From the NCBI GenBank assembly GCA_035703525.1, contig DASSYA010000026.1, forward strand, positions 9,866 through 73,865: a stretch of 64,000 bases of DNA, in the 5' to 3' direction. The notes under the pieces were generated by a model, which saw nothing but the letters and a program-made list of their open reading frames with translations, did no database searches and was not told the DNA's origin. Below are positions 1 through 9,055 of the stretch, in pieces (the first letter of the stretch is position 1; each line of letters starts with the position of its first letter). Both the position numbers and the translations under genes were made by a program. Origin of the DNA: Gemmatimonadales bacterium (GTDB lineage: Bacteria > Gemmatimonadota > Gemmatimonadetes > Gemmatimonadales > GWC2-71-9).

Positions 1-654
1 CTCGTGCGTGAAGCCTCGGGCATGGCGCTTGAGCCGGGCGCGCAGCAGCTGCACCGCCGCCACCAGCAGCGGCGCCAGCAGCAACACCATCACCGTGAGG
101 CGCCAACTGTAGCCGATCATCGTGGCGACCAGCACGAGGATCAGGACCAGATTCTGGAAGAAGGCGGCCAGGGCGGCCACGATCAGCTGCTTGACCTGAT
201 CGGCATCGGTCACCAACGCCGTGGCGACCTGGCCCCCGCGGGTCTGCTGGAACACGCCGAGCTCGAGTCGCAGCAACCGGCGCCAGAGCCGGATCCGGAG
301 GTCGCGGGCGACGTTCTCCTGGGCGATGATCGACAGATAGGCGGACAGATACCCGGCGACCACCTTGATCCCGAGGATGGCGAGGAAGAGCAGCACCAGC
401 CGGCGAGCCACCTCGCTGCCGTGGGCACCCTCGAGGATCGGGGCGAGCAGGCGCGGCAGGGTGCGCTCCAGCCATGATCCCCCCCCCACACCGAGACCCG
501 TGCCGAAGAGTTCCTTGAGGAGCGGATCGAGGACCAGGATCGTGGCGCCCTGGAGCACCGAGGCCACCGCGGCGGCAAGGAAGCCGACCACCAGGATCCC
601 GGTGTGCGGCCGGAGCAGCCGCCACAGGCGCGCCCGCCGTTGCCGCGCGCTCAG
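1..654 (-). CDS. ABC exporter (MsbA-like), N-terminal transmembrane domain; 3' end runs off the window
   Basis: Reverse translation reads SARQRRARLWRLLRPHTGILVVGFLAAAVASVLQG...LFLAILGIKVVAGYLSAYLSIIAQENVARDLRIRLWRRLLRLELGVFQQTRGGQVATALVTDADQVKQL, which is typical of an ABC exporter TMD. It is absent from the ORF track because no stop lies in the window. The only start near the homologous N-terminus is CTG at 654; the next GTG is at 591. Confidence 0.6.
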   Translation of the reverse strand, partial: MSARQRRARLWRLLRPHTGILVVGFLAAAVASVLQGATILVLDPLLKELFGTGLGVGGGSWLERTLPRLLAPILEGAHGSEVARRLVLLFLAILGIKVVAGYLSAYLSIIAQENVARDLRIRLWRRLLRLELGVFQQTRGGQVATALVTDADQVKQLIVAALAAFFQNLVLILVLVATMIGYSWRLTVMVLLLAPLLVAAVQLLRARLKRHARGFTHE

Positions 655-2216
655 CCGCGCCTCGGCGTGAGCAGCGCGACCGGCAGGACCACCTCTTCCG
701 GACTGACGCCACCATGCAGGAACGAGCCGCGATACCGGGCCTGGTATTCGCGCAAGCGCGTCGGATAGACGAAGAACCGGTCACCGATCGCCAGCGCGAG
801 GCGGTGCCCCGGCCGCCGTGGTGGCAACCCCCAGGCCGCAAAGTCCTCGACCATGATGGCCGCCCCTGCTTCCTGCACCCGCAGCTCGTCGCCGAACTTG
901 TAGCGCAGGGAGGCCGTCGCATCCCGCTTTGCATAGATCGTGGCGGGCGTGTGACAATGGACCGATCCGTGATCGGTCGTCAGCAGCACCGGCACATTGC
1001 GTCGTTCGGCTTCCTTCAGCGCGTCGAAGAGGACCGAGCGCTCGAACCACGTCAGCGTGAGGGACCGCATCGCCGACGCATCCCGCGCGACCTCGAACAG
1101 CGCCTCGTTCTCCGTCCGGCCGTGGGTGAGCTGGTCGATGAAGTTGAAGACCAGGGCCGTCACCCCATCGTGCGACAGGTGGCCGGGCAGTCGCTTGAGC
1201 ATGGCCTCCCCGTCGCTCGCGGACAGGATCTTCTCGTACTGCACCGGGATCTCCTTCCCGGTCAGCGTGTGCAACTGCGCCGCCAGCAGTTCCGCCTCGT
1301 GCGCATTGAGCGACTGTTCCTCGTGGTCGTGCCACCAGTCGGGATACCGGGCGCGGAATTCGGCCGGGTACAACCCGGAGAAGATGGCGTTCCGCGAGTA
1401 GGGGGTCGCCGTGGGCAGGATCGAGAAGTAATGATCCACCTCGACATCGAAGACCCGCTCGATCAACGGCCGCATCATGGCCCACTGGTCGAGCCGAAGG
1501 CAGTCGACCACCACCAGCAGCACCCGACCCGCGCCTTCCAGCGTCGGCTGCACGAACTCGCTCACGACATCGATCGACAGCGGAGGGCGATCGGCGCCCC
1601 CATCGGTGACCCACCGCGGGTACGACGCCTCGATGAAGCGGGCAAAATCCTGCTGCATCGATTGCTGCAGGGTCCGGAGCGCTTCCTGCAACCCGGGTTC
1701 ATCGGCCTGGCCGAGCCGCACCTCCCAATCGGCGAGTTCGGCCACGAGTTCGATCCATTCCCGCCACTCGAGTGCCTCGCCTCGTCGGCCCTCCAGGTCG
1801 CGGAACCGGGAGGCGAAGTCACGCGAAAGCCGCTGTTGCCGGATCCGGTCGCCCTCCAGCAGGCGCGTCACCACCGTGAGCACCTGCCGCGGGTTGACCG
1901 GCTTGATGAGGTAATCCGCGATCTCCGCGCCGATCGCGTCCCGCATGGTGTCGCCCTCCTCCGACTTGGTCACCATCACCAACGGCATCCCCGCGTCGAT
2001 CGCGCGGATGTGCGGGATCATCTCGAGGCCCCGCGTGCCGGGCATCTGCTCGTCGAGGAGCACCACGCCGTATGGCTGTCGACGGAGCAGCACCAGGGCA
2101 TCATCGGCGTTGGTCGCACGCTCGACGGTGAACCCCTGCTGCTCGAGGAAGAGCACCTGGGAATCGAGGGTCTCGATCTCGTCGTCGACCCAGAGAATCG
2201 TTCGTGGACGAAGCAT
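651..2216 (-). CDS. Response regulator with CheY receiver plus PglZ/alkaline-phosphatase-like domain (PorX-like architecture)
   Basis: 521-aa ORF. N-terminus ILWVDDEIETLDSQVLFLEQQGF...VVLLDEQMPG...DYLIKP is a receiver domain. The long C-terminal part (VVDCLRLDQW...TTDHGS) resembles PglZ. Confidence 0.8.
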   Translation of the reverse strand: MLRPRTILWVDDEIETLDSQVLFLEQQGFTVERATNADDALVLLRRQPYGVVLLDEQMPGTRGLEMIPHIRAIDAGMPLVMVTKSEEGDTMRDAIGAEIADYLIKPVNPRQVLTVVTRLLEGDRIRQQRLSRDFASRFRDLEGRRGEALEWREWIELVAELADWEVRLGQADEPGLQEALRTLQQSMQQDFARFIEASYPRWVTDGGADRPPLSIDVVSEFVQPTLEGAGRVLLVVVDCLRLDQWAMMRPLIERVFDVEVDHYFSILPTATPYSRNAIFSGLYPAEFRARYPDWWHDHEEQSLNAHEAELLAAQLHTLTGKEIPVQYEKILSASDGEAMLKRLPGHLSHDGVTALVFNFIDQLTHGRTENEALFEVARDASAMRSLTLTWFERSVLFDALKEAERRNVPVLLTTDHGSVHCHTPATIYAKRDATASLRYKFGDELRVQEAGAAIMVEDFAAWGLPPRRPGHRLALAIGDRFFVYPTRLREYQARYRGSFLHGGVSPEEVVLPVALLTPRRG

Positions 2217-2247
2217 CCCGGGAAGGTACAGGGTTTAGCTTCTTGCC

Positions 2248-3252
2248 GTGGAGCCCGACATCCTCCTCCTGCGGTTCTCGGCCATCGGGGACCTGATCCT
2301 GACGACGCCACTGCTGCGTGCCCTCCGGGCGCGTCACCCCGGCGGACGGCTGACCTTCGTCACGCGCGAGGACATGGCCGACACCCTGCGCCACAACCCG
2401 CGGCTCGACCGGATCATCACCTGGCGGCCGGAAACCCCGCTCACCGATCTGGTGCGCGAGCTGAGGGCCGGTCCCTGGACGCACCGGCTCGATCTCCACG
2501 ACTCGCTCCGCAGCCGACGGCTTCGGCTTCAGGTCGGTGGCCAGTGGTCGACCTATCGCAAGCACCGGCTCCGCCGCAGCATGCTGATCGCCAGCCGCCG
2601 CCGATTCGGGGGTAACCTGGGCCCGGTTGCCGACCGCTACTTCGCGGCAGCCACCGCCCTTGATGTCACTCCCGACGGGTTGCCACCGGAGTTTTTCCTG
2701 TCACGCGAGGCCGAACTCGCGGCCGACCGATTCCTCGATGAGCATCAGCTGGGTCGATCACGCCGCCTCGTTGCCTTGATCCCCGGGGCGACCCACTTCA
2801 CCAAGCGGTGGCCGGAAACCCACTGGCATCGCCTGGTGAGCCTGCTGCTGCCGGGGCACGACCTGGTCGTGCTGGGCGGGCCGGCCGAGCGGGAATTGGG
2901 GGCACGCCTGGTGGGCAGCGCGAAGCCCGGGATGGCCAGCGCGGCTGGCGCTTTCTCGCTGCTCACCTCCGGAGCCCTCCTCAAGCGCGCGGACGTGGTG
3001 GTGAGCGGCGACACCGGCCTGCTTCACATGGCGACTGCCGTCGGGACACCCGCGGTGGCCCTCTACGGTCCCGGGGTCGAGGAGCTGGGCTTCTTTCCGT
3101 ACCACGCGCGAGCCACCATCCTGCAGCAGCCGCTCTCCTGCCGACCCTGTTCGGCCCACGGCGGGCCGAAATGTCCCTTGGGACACCACCGATGCATGGT
3201 CGATACGACGCCCGAGATGGTCCTGGCCGCGATCCGGGCCCCGATCCGATGA
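2248..3252 (+). CDS. Glycosyltransferase family 9 (ADP-heptose:LPS heptosyltransferase-like)
   Basis: 334 aa, GTG start. ILLLRFSAIGDLILTTPLLRALRARHP and the C-terminal GDTGLLHMATAVGTP are GT9 hallmarks. Confidence 0.8.
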   Translation: MEPDILLLRFSAIGDLILTTPLLRALRARHPGGRLTFVTREDMADTLRHNPRLDRIITWRPETPLTDLVRELRAGPWTHRLDLHDSLRSRRLRLQVGGQWSTYRKHRLRRSMLIASRRRFGGNLGPVADRYFAAATALDVTPDGLPPEFFLSREAELAADRFLDEHQLGRSRRLVALIPGATHFTKRWPETHWHRLVSLLLPGHDLVVLGGPAERELGARLVGSAKPGMASAAGAFSLLTSGALLKRADVVVSGDTGLLHMATAVGTPAVALYGPGVEELGFFPYHARATILQQPLSCRPCSAHGGPKCPLGHHRCMVDTTPEMVLAAIRAPIR

Positions 3253-3638
3253 CCGAGGTCGCCGAGGCGCTGGCCACCCTGCTCCGGACGCAGGAAGCAC
3301 TCCCGAGAGGGCCCAAGCGCGAGGGGGTCTTCGCGCTCTGGCTGTTCGCCCGCGTGGCGCTCGAGATCGGCGAATCGGCGGACGGGATGGATCGCTCCGA
3401 CCGCAAGCGGTGCACGCTGCTCGGACGACGCCTCGCCCCCCTGGCCGTTCCACGACCATTGGGCCGCGGCTTGACCGGCGCACTCGGAATCCTCGAGGCA
3501 GGCACACCACAGTCCGCACGGGTCGCGCTGTCCCAACTGGTTGCCCCGGCACGAGACTCGATCGATCACGACGTCGGAGAGGCCGTGGCCGTGCTCGCCC
3601 GTCACCTGCACACCCACCAGTCCGGAGCCACCCCATGA
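3249..3638 (+). CDS. Hypothetical protein, translationally coupled on both sides
   Basis: Internal ATG of ORF 2808..3638, in an ATGA overlap with the GT9 stop (3249-3252). Its own stop overlaps the next ATG (3635-3638). High GC3. No recognisable domain. Confidence 0.45.
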   Translation: MTEVAEALATLLRTQEALPRGPKREGVFALWLFARVALEIGESADGMDRSDRKRCTLLGRRLAPLAVPRPLGRGLTGALGILEAGTPQSARVALSQLVAPARDSIDHDVGEAVAVLARHLHTHQSGATP

Positions 3639-4396
3639 GTCGTGCCCTCGCCACCGGTTTCCCGACTCTCGACCGCCAGCTCGATGGCGGCATGACGCGC
3701 GGCGCGCTCATCGTGCTTGGCGGAGATGCCGGGATCGGCAGTTCGGCGATGGCGATGGGGATTGCCCTCGGTGCAGCCGCCGGCGGGGCGCGCACCGTCT
3801 TCCTCTCCAGCGAGTCACGTGAAGAGGGTCTCCTGGCCCGCGCCACCTCGCAGTTGAGCGGCGCCCCAATCCAATCGGTCGAAGCCGATCGCCCGGACGA
3901 CGACCACGTGGCCGCGATCGCCTCGGCGCGCGCGCGACTGCTGGAGCTGCCGATCCGGCTGGCGATGGCCCCGTCGGACCTGACCGAGGATCTGCAGCAG
4001 GCGGCTGGGGTGGATTGGGAACTGCTGGTAATCGACGGGCTCGAGGGACTGATCCTGGACACGGTCGGTCGGCAGCAGATCCTGGCCGGCTGGGTGACCC
4101 GGCTCAAGCGGATGGCCGTGGCGCATGGTGGCGCCGTGCTCGTCACCACGCGCACGGTCCCGGCGCTCGCGGAACGCGAGGACCCGCGGCCGAGGCTCGC
4201 CGACTTCGGGGCCGACGGCACCATCCGATCCGAAGCCGATCTGGTGCTGGGGTTGTACCGGGAGGAACACTATCGCCCCGATCGGGGCGTGATCGGTGCT
4301 GCCGAGCTGCTGATCCTCAAGAACCGCCGCGGCCCCCGGCTGGCCATCGATCTCTGGTTCGAGTCCGGATGCCGCCGCTTCGAGGACCTGGGGTGA
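3635..4396 (+). CDS. DnaB helicase C-terminal-domain-like protein lacking the N-terminal domain, with degenerate Walker A
   Basis: ALATGFPTLDRQLDGGMTRGALIVLGGDAGIGSSAMAMGIAL corresponds to the DnaB TGFxxLD...GxxxxGKT region with GKT replaced by GSS. LLVIDGLEGL, DFGADGTIRSEADLVLGLYREEHY and AELLILKNRRGP...RFEDL match the DnaB Walker B, H4 and C-terminal regions. Confidence 0.7.
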   Translation: MSRALATGFPTLDRQLDGGMTRGALIVLGGDAGIGSSAMAMGIALGAAAGGARTVFLSSESREEGLLARATSQLSGAPIQSVEADRPDDDHVAAIASARARLLELPIRLAMAPSDLTEDLQQAAGVDWELLVIDGLEGLILDTVGRQQILAGWVTRLKRMAVAHGGAVLVTTRTVPALAEREDPRPRLADFGADGTIRSEADLVLGLYREEHYRPDRGVIGAAELLILKNRRGPRLAIDLWFESGCRRFEDLG

Positions 4397-4408
4397 GGCG
4401 CGGGAGCC

Positions 4409-4819
4409 TCAGCTCCCGCTGTCGGCCTTGGGTCGGGCCGTGCCCACCAACCGGACGAGCGTGCCACCGGTCGAGTCGGCCTGGACGTGGATCCAGAGCG
4501 GACGATTCGCGTCTGATTCGACGTAAAAGGTGGTCACGCCGCCGGTCGCCGACTCATTGATCAGCCGGTACGGTGGCTTGGCGAGCAACTGGCGGTAGAA
4601 CTCGGCGACTGAGCTGTCCGGCTCCGGCGACTTGAGCTGGAGTTCGAGGGCGTCACTGTTGCCCTGTTTCCCGACGGTCACCCCATTGGGGGGAAACGGC
4701 ACGTTCGGGAAGGCCTCGATCGCCGAAATCGGCTTTTCGGCAGGGTCGCCGTTGGACTTGTCGCCGCATCCGGCAAGGATCAGGCTTGCCAGGGCGAGGG
4801 CGGAGAGATGTCGGATCAT
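4409..4819 (-). CDS. Lipoprotein, unknown function
   Basis: Internal ATG gives MIRHLSALALASLILAGCGDKS, a signal peptide with an LAGC lipobox. The 164-aa track ORF extends upstream without signal-peptide character. Confidence 0.6.
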   Translation of the reverse strand: MIRHLSALALASLILAGCGDKSNGDPAEKPISAIEAFPNVPFPPNGVTVGKQGNSDALELQLKSPEPDSSVAEFYRQLLAKPPYRLINESATGGVTTFYVESDANRPLWIHVQADSTGGTLVRLVGTARPKADSGS

Positions 4820-4917
4820 CCGGGAACCGTAGCGCGGTGGGATCGTGTGGGCAAGCGGACGCGTTGCCGAGGTACCGCCGAATCCGCTATGATCCCGCTT
4901 CATACAGGAGGCTGCCC

Positions 4918-5667
4918 ATGGCGGGCCACAGCAAGTGGAAGTCGATCAAGCACAAGAAGGCGATCACCGATTCGCGGCGGGCCGCCAGCTGGACCAAGGT
5001 GATCCGGGAGGTCACCGTTGCGGCGAAGGCCGGCGGCGGTGACCCGGGGATGAATCCGCGGCTCCGCAAGGCAATTGACGATGCGAAGTCGGTCAACATG
5101 CCGAACGAGAACATCGATCGTGCCGTCAAGAAGGGGACCGGCGAGCTCGAGGGGGCCAGCTACGAAGAGGTCACCTACGAGGGCTATGGCCCCGGCGGGA
5201 CGGCGCTCCTGATCGAAGGGTCGACCGACAACCCGAACCGGACGGTCGCGGAGATTCGTCACGCCTTCTCGCGCAACGAAGGCAACCTGGGTGCCACCAA
5301 CTCGGTGGCCTGGATGTTCGAGCGGCTCGGACAGATCGTGATCCCCCGTGGCCCACAGTCTGAGGATAAGGTGATGGAGGATGCCCTCGAGGCGGGGGCG
5401 AGCGATTTCGAGGTGGATGGCGATCTGTTCGTGGTGAGCACGGAGCCGACCGCGTTCCATGCGGTGATCGATGCCCTCACTGGCCGCGGCTACACGATCG
5501 AGTCGTCGGAACTCGCGATGATCGCACAGAATCTCGTCCAGCCGGAGCCGGCGGATGCGGAAAAGGTCCTGAAGCTGATCGAGGTGCTCGAGGAGCTGGA
5601 CGACGTGTCCAAGGTCTTCACCAACCTCGACTTCGACGCGATCGAACTGGAGGAGGCCGGGACCTGA
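4918..5667 (+). CDS. yebC: YebC/PmpR family DNA-binding transcriptional regulator
   Basis: MAGHSKWKSIKHKKAITDSRRA...NPRLRKAIDDAKSVNMP is the canonical YebC N-terminus. A caggagg RBS precedes the ATG at 4918. Confidence 0.9.
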   Translation: MAGHSKWKSIKHKKAITDSRRAASWTKVIREVTVAAKAGGGDPGMNPRLRKAIDDAKSVNMPNENIDRAVKKGTGELEGASYEEVTYEGYGPGGTALLIEGSTDNPNRTVAEIRHAFSRNEGNLGATNSVAWMFERLGQIVIPRGPQSEDKVMEDALEAGASDFEVDGDLFVVSTEPTAFHAVIDALTGRGYTIESSELAMIAQNLVQPEPADAEKVLKLIEVLEELDDVSKVFTNLDFDAIELEEAGT

Positions 5668-5687
5668 CCGCCCGGACGCACCTCACC

Positions 5688-6185
5688 GTGCTCGGGATCG
5701 ACCCGGGCACGGCCATCTCGGGCTTCGGCGTGATCCGCGCCCGGGCCGGTGAGCGCGCCACGCTGGTCGAGTGCGGCGTTGTTCGTACCCGCGCCGCCGA
5801 TCCGTTGCCCCTTCGCCTGATGCAGATCGCCACCACCATCGAGGACCTGCTCCTGCGCCATCAGCCTGATGCCCTCGCCCTCGAGAATGTGTTCGTCGGC
5901 CGCAATGTCCGGAGCGCCCTGGTGCTCGGCCATGCCCGTGGCGTGATCATGCTGGCTGCGGCACGTGCGGCGGTCCCGGTGGCCGAGATCTCGCCCCGCG
6001 AGGTCAAGGCGGCGGTCGCGGGGAATGGCAGTGCCGAGAAGGTGCAGGTCGGCCTGATGGTCGCTCGCCTGCTCCATCTCGCTTCCCCCCCCCGACCGGC
6101 CGATGCCGCGGATGGCGTCGCGATCGCCCTCACCCACCTCATCCGGTTGATGCCGCGGGCGCGCCTGGCCGGAGGCACACGGTGA
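5688..6185 (+). CDS. ruvC: Crossover junction endodeoxyribonuclease RuvC
   Basis: LGIDPGTAISGFGVI...ALENVFVGRNVRSALVLGHARGV...GNGSAEKVQV. GTG start. Confidence 0.9.
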   Translation: MLGIDPGTAISGFGVIRARAGERATLVECGVVRTRAADPLPLRLMQIATTIEDLLLRHQPDALALENVFVGRNVRSALVLGHARGVIMLAAARAAVPVAEISPREVKAAVAGNGSAEKVQVGLMVARLLHLASPPRPADAADGVAIALTHLIRLMPRARLAGGTR

Positions 6186-6769
6186 TCGCCTCCGTCCGGG
6201 GAACCCTGGTGGCCCGGGATGTCGCCGGGGTGATCGTCGAGGCGGCCGGCGTGGGGCACTTCATCGAAGTCCCGCTGGGGACGTACGAGCGCCTGCCCGC
6301 GATCGGCGAGGAGGTGCTGCTGCACACCGAGCTCGTGGTCCGCGAGGATGCATGGCTGTTGTTCGGGTTCGACCGACCGAGTGATCGCCTGGTCTTCCAC
6401 CGCCTGCTCGGGGCCTCGGGCGTCGGCGCCCGCATCGCGCTCGCGATCCTGTCGAGTCTCGGGGCCGACCGCACGGTGCGGGCGATCCGGGAGAAGGACC
6501 TCGCGGTGCTCGCATCGGTCCCGGGGATCGGACGCAAGAAGGCCGAACGCCTCGCGCTCGAACTCGGCGATCGGCTCGATGATATTCCCGGGACCAGCGG
6601 TGCCCCGGTTCCCAGTTCGCCACTGGCGGGTGCCACCCAGGCCCTCGTGGCGCTGGGGTACGCGGCATCGGCTGCCGATGCGGCAGTGCGCCGCATCGCC
6701 GAATCCTCGCCCGATGCCGACATCGCACAGCTCGTGCGGCGTGCATTGCGCGAGCTCACGAGGAGCTGA
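6182..6769 (+). CDS. ruvA: Holliday junction branch migration complex subunit RuvA
   Basis: MIASVRGTLV...LLFGF...LLGASGVGARIALAILS...VPGIGRKKAERLALEL. GTGA overlap with ruvC. Confidence 0.9.
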   Translation: MIASVRGTLVARDVAGVIVEAAGVGHFIEVPLGTYERLPAIGEEVLLHTELVVREDAWLLFGFDRPSDRLVFHRLLGASGVGARIALAILSSLGADRTVRAIREKDLAVLASVPGIGRKKAERLALELGDRLDDIPGTSGAPVPSSPLAGATQALVALGYAASAADAAVRRIAESSPDADIAQLVRRALRELTRS

Positions 6770-6958
6770 ATGCCCATGTGGCCCACATCGCATCCCGCCA
6801 CCACTGCCGAGTGGCTCTGCACGCGGTGCAGCGTCACCAACCGGAAGCTGGTCCCACCGGACGCCACCGAGGTGCCGGATCGGTGTGTCCACTGCGGCCT
6901 GCGGCATCTCGTGACACCGGGCGATCGCCCGGTGCGCTGGAATGCGGTCGCACGCTGA
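6770..6958 (+). CDS. Small zinc-ribbon-like protein (62 aa) between ruvA and ruvB
   Basis: Contains two CxxC pairs (CTRC, CVHC) and has high GC3. It starts immediately after the ruvA stop and overlaps the ruvB start region. Confidence 0.4.
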   Translation: MPMWPTSHPATTAEWLCTRCSVTNRKLVPPDATEVPDRCVHCGLRHLVTPGDRPVRWNAVAR

Positions 6959-8015
6959 CGTGATGCGTCCCGGCCCCGAGGACCGCCGCGTGGAGATCAC
7001 CACGCCCGATTCGCTCCCCGACGAAGGGTCCAGCGATGCCGCCCTGCGTCCCTCGCGACTCGACGAGTTCACCGGACAGGCGCAGGTGCGGCAGTCGCTC
7101 CAGATCGCGATCGATGCCGCCACGCGGCGGGGCGAACCGCTCGACCACCTGCTCTTCTTCGGCCCGCCCGGGCTCGGCAAGACCACCCTCGCGATGCTGA
7201 TGGCGAAGGAGATGGGCGTGCAGTGCCGCACCACCTCCGGCCCGGTGCTCGAGAAGCCCGGCGACCTGGTCGGCCTGCTCACCGGCCTGGGTCCCGGCGA
7301 CATCCTCTTCATCGACGAAGTGCATCGACTCCGCCCCCAGCTCGAGGAATTCCTCTATCCGGCGATGGAGGACTTTCGGGTCGACGTGCGCCTCACCGAT
7401 GGACCGCACGCCCAGACACTGCCCATGACCCTCGAGCGGTTCACCCTGATCGGGGCGACCACGCGGTTCGGGCTGCTCACCCCGCCGATGCGCGCCCGCT
7501 TCGGCATGGTCGAGCGCCTGCATTTCTATGTCGAGGCCGACCTCGCCACGATCGTTACCCGCTCGGCCGGCCTCCTGGGCGTGCCGATCGACCGCGACGG
7601 CGCGCGCGAGATCGCCCGGCGCGCCCGCGGGACCCCCCGGGTTGCCAATCGCCTGCTCCGCCGCGTCCGGGACTTCGCGGAGGTGCGGGCCGAGGGCGCG
7701 ATCACGGCGGCCGTGGCGAGGGCCGCGATGGAACGGCTCAACGTCGACCAGTTCGGGCTCGATGACATGGACAGCCGGATCCTGGCCACGATCATCGAGA
7801 AGTTCGGGGGGGGGCCGGTCGGCCTCGCGACGATCGCGGCCGCCGTCGGCGAGGACAGCGCCACGGTCGAGGAGGTCTACGAACCGTACCTCATGCAGCA
7901 GGGGTTCCTCGAGCGCACTGCGCGCGGACGGGTCGCCACCCCGCGTGCCTGGGAGCGGCTCGGCATGCGGCCGCCGAGCGGATCCGGGGACCAGGGCTCG
8001 CTCCTCGATGGCTGA
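6942..8015 (+). CDS. ruvB: Holliday junction DNA helicase RuvB
   Basis: [12 protein letters not shown]...[15 protein letters not shown]...IDEVHRL...KFGGGPVGL...[20 protein letters not shown]. Alternative in-frame starts at 6960 and 6963. Confidence 0.9.
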   Translation: MRSHADVMRPGPEDRRVEITTPDSLPDEGSSDAALRPSRLDEFTGQAQVRQSLQIAIDAATRRGEPLDHLLFFGPPGLGKTTLAMLMAKEMGVQCRTTSGPVLEKPGDLVGLLTGLGPGDILFIDEVHRLRPQLEEFLYPAMEDFRVDVRLTDGPHAQTLPMTLERFTLIGATTRFGLLTPPMRARFGMVERLHFYVEADLATIVTRSAGLLGVPIDRDGAREIARRARGTPRVANRLLRRVRDFAEVRAEGAITAAVARAAMERLNVDQFGLDDMDSRILATIIEKFGGGPVGLATIAAAVGEDSATVEEVYEPYLMQQGFLERTARGRVATPRAWERLGMRPPSGSGDQGSLLDG

Positions 8016-9045
8016 ACGACGCTGGCGCACCAGCGACTTCGACTACCACCTCCCCGATGACCTGATCGCGCAGACGCCCAGCCCCACCCGCGGTGCCTCG
8101 CGCCTGCTCGTGCTGGACCGCGCGACCGGGGCATGCACCGATCGCGAGTTCGCCAGCCTGCTCGACCTGATCCCGCCCGGCGACCTCCTTGTCCTCAATT
8201 CGACCCGCGTCCGCCATGCCCGGTTCGTCGGGACACGTGACGGGGGGGGGAAGGCCGAGATCCTCCTGCTCCATCCGATCGACGGGGAGCGATGGCTGGC
8301 CATGGGCCGGCCCGGGCGCGCCCTTCGGGTCGGGCGCGTGGTGCACCTCGGCGACGCGGCCGGGCTCGAGATCCTCGCGGTGCGTGAGGATGGCTTCCGC
8401 GAGGTGCGGTTCGTCGGCGGCGAAGCCGGCGACCTGATCGATCGGTTCGGGCAGTTGCCGTTGCCGCCATACATCACGCGCGAGCCGGATGCCTCGGACG
8501 ATGATCGCTACCAGACCGTGTTCGCCGAGCGGGTCGGCAGTGTCGCGGCGCCGACCGCCGGTCTGCATTTCACCGAGACCCTGCTCGGCCGACTCCGGCA
8601 GCGGGGCGTGACCATCGCCTCGCTCGATCTCGAGGTCGGCCCCGGCACCTTCCGGCCGATCGAGCACGACGACCCCACGGAGCATCCGATGCACGAAGAG
8701 CGCTACGAGATCCCGGAGACGCTGGCCCGGGCGGTGCAGGACGCCAGACAGCGTTCCGCCGGCATCTGGGCGGTCGGGACCACGGTCGTGCGGGCCCTCG
8801 AGAGTGCCGCCGATCCGGCCGGCGGAATCCAGCCCGGCCGCGCCGCCACGCGCTTGATGATCGTCCCCGGTCATACCTTTCGGGTGGTCGATCACCTGAT
8901 CACCAACTTTCATCTCCCCCGCTCGACCCTGCTCATGCTGGTCGCCGCGTTGGCCGGACATGAGCGCACCATGCAGGCCTACCAGCACGCCGTCGCCGCA
9001 CGGTACCGGTTCTACAGTTACGGCGACGCCATGTGCATCATCTGA
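8008..9045 (+). CDS. queA: S-adenosylmethionine:tRNA ribosyltransferase-isomerase QueA
   Basis: Internal ATG of ORF 7528..9045. [24 protein letters not shown]...LPLPPYI...DRYQTVFA...[10 protein letters not shown]. Overlaps the ruvB stop. Confidence 0.9.
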   Translation: MAERRWRTSDFDYHLPDDLIAQTPSPTRGASRLLVLDRATGACTDREFASLLDLIPPGDLLVLNSTRVRHARFVGTRDGGGKAEILLLHPIDGERWLAMGRPGRALRVGRVVHLGDAAGLEILAVREDGFREVRFVGGEAGDLIDRFGQLPLPPYITREPDASDDDRYQTVFAERVGSVAAPTAGLHFTETLLGRLRQRGVTIASLDLEVGPGTFRPIEHDDPTEHPMHEERYEIPETLARAVQDARQRSAGIWAVGTTVVRALESAADPAGGIQPGRAATRLMIVPGHTFRVVDHLITNFHLPRSTLLMLVAALAGHERTMQAYQHAVAARYRFYSYGDAMCII

Positions 9046-9055
9046 GGAGAGGTCC

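Noticed and set aside
714-2615. Many long alternative-frame or antisense ORFs, for example 714..2615 (+), 2758..4224 (-), 5861..7312 (-), 9038..10690 (-), 31434..33500 (+), 36015..37622 (-), 48379..50019 (+) and 58216..59643 (+).
   Set aside because: This is typical of high-GC DNA, where stops are rare in non-coding frames. The products are Arg/Pro/Gly/Ala-rich low-complexity sequences with no motifs. Each one overlaps a gene with clear family signatures on the other frame or strand.
4350-4380. GGTTCGAGTCCGGAT, resembling a tRNA T-arm.
   Set aside because: No acceptor, D or anticodon arms can be drawn around it. It lies inside the DnaB_C-like coding sequence (LWFESGCRRF).
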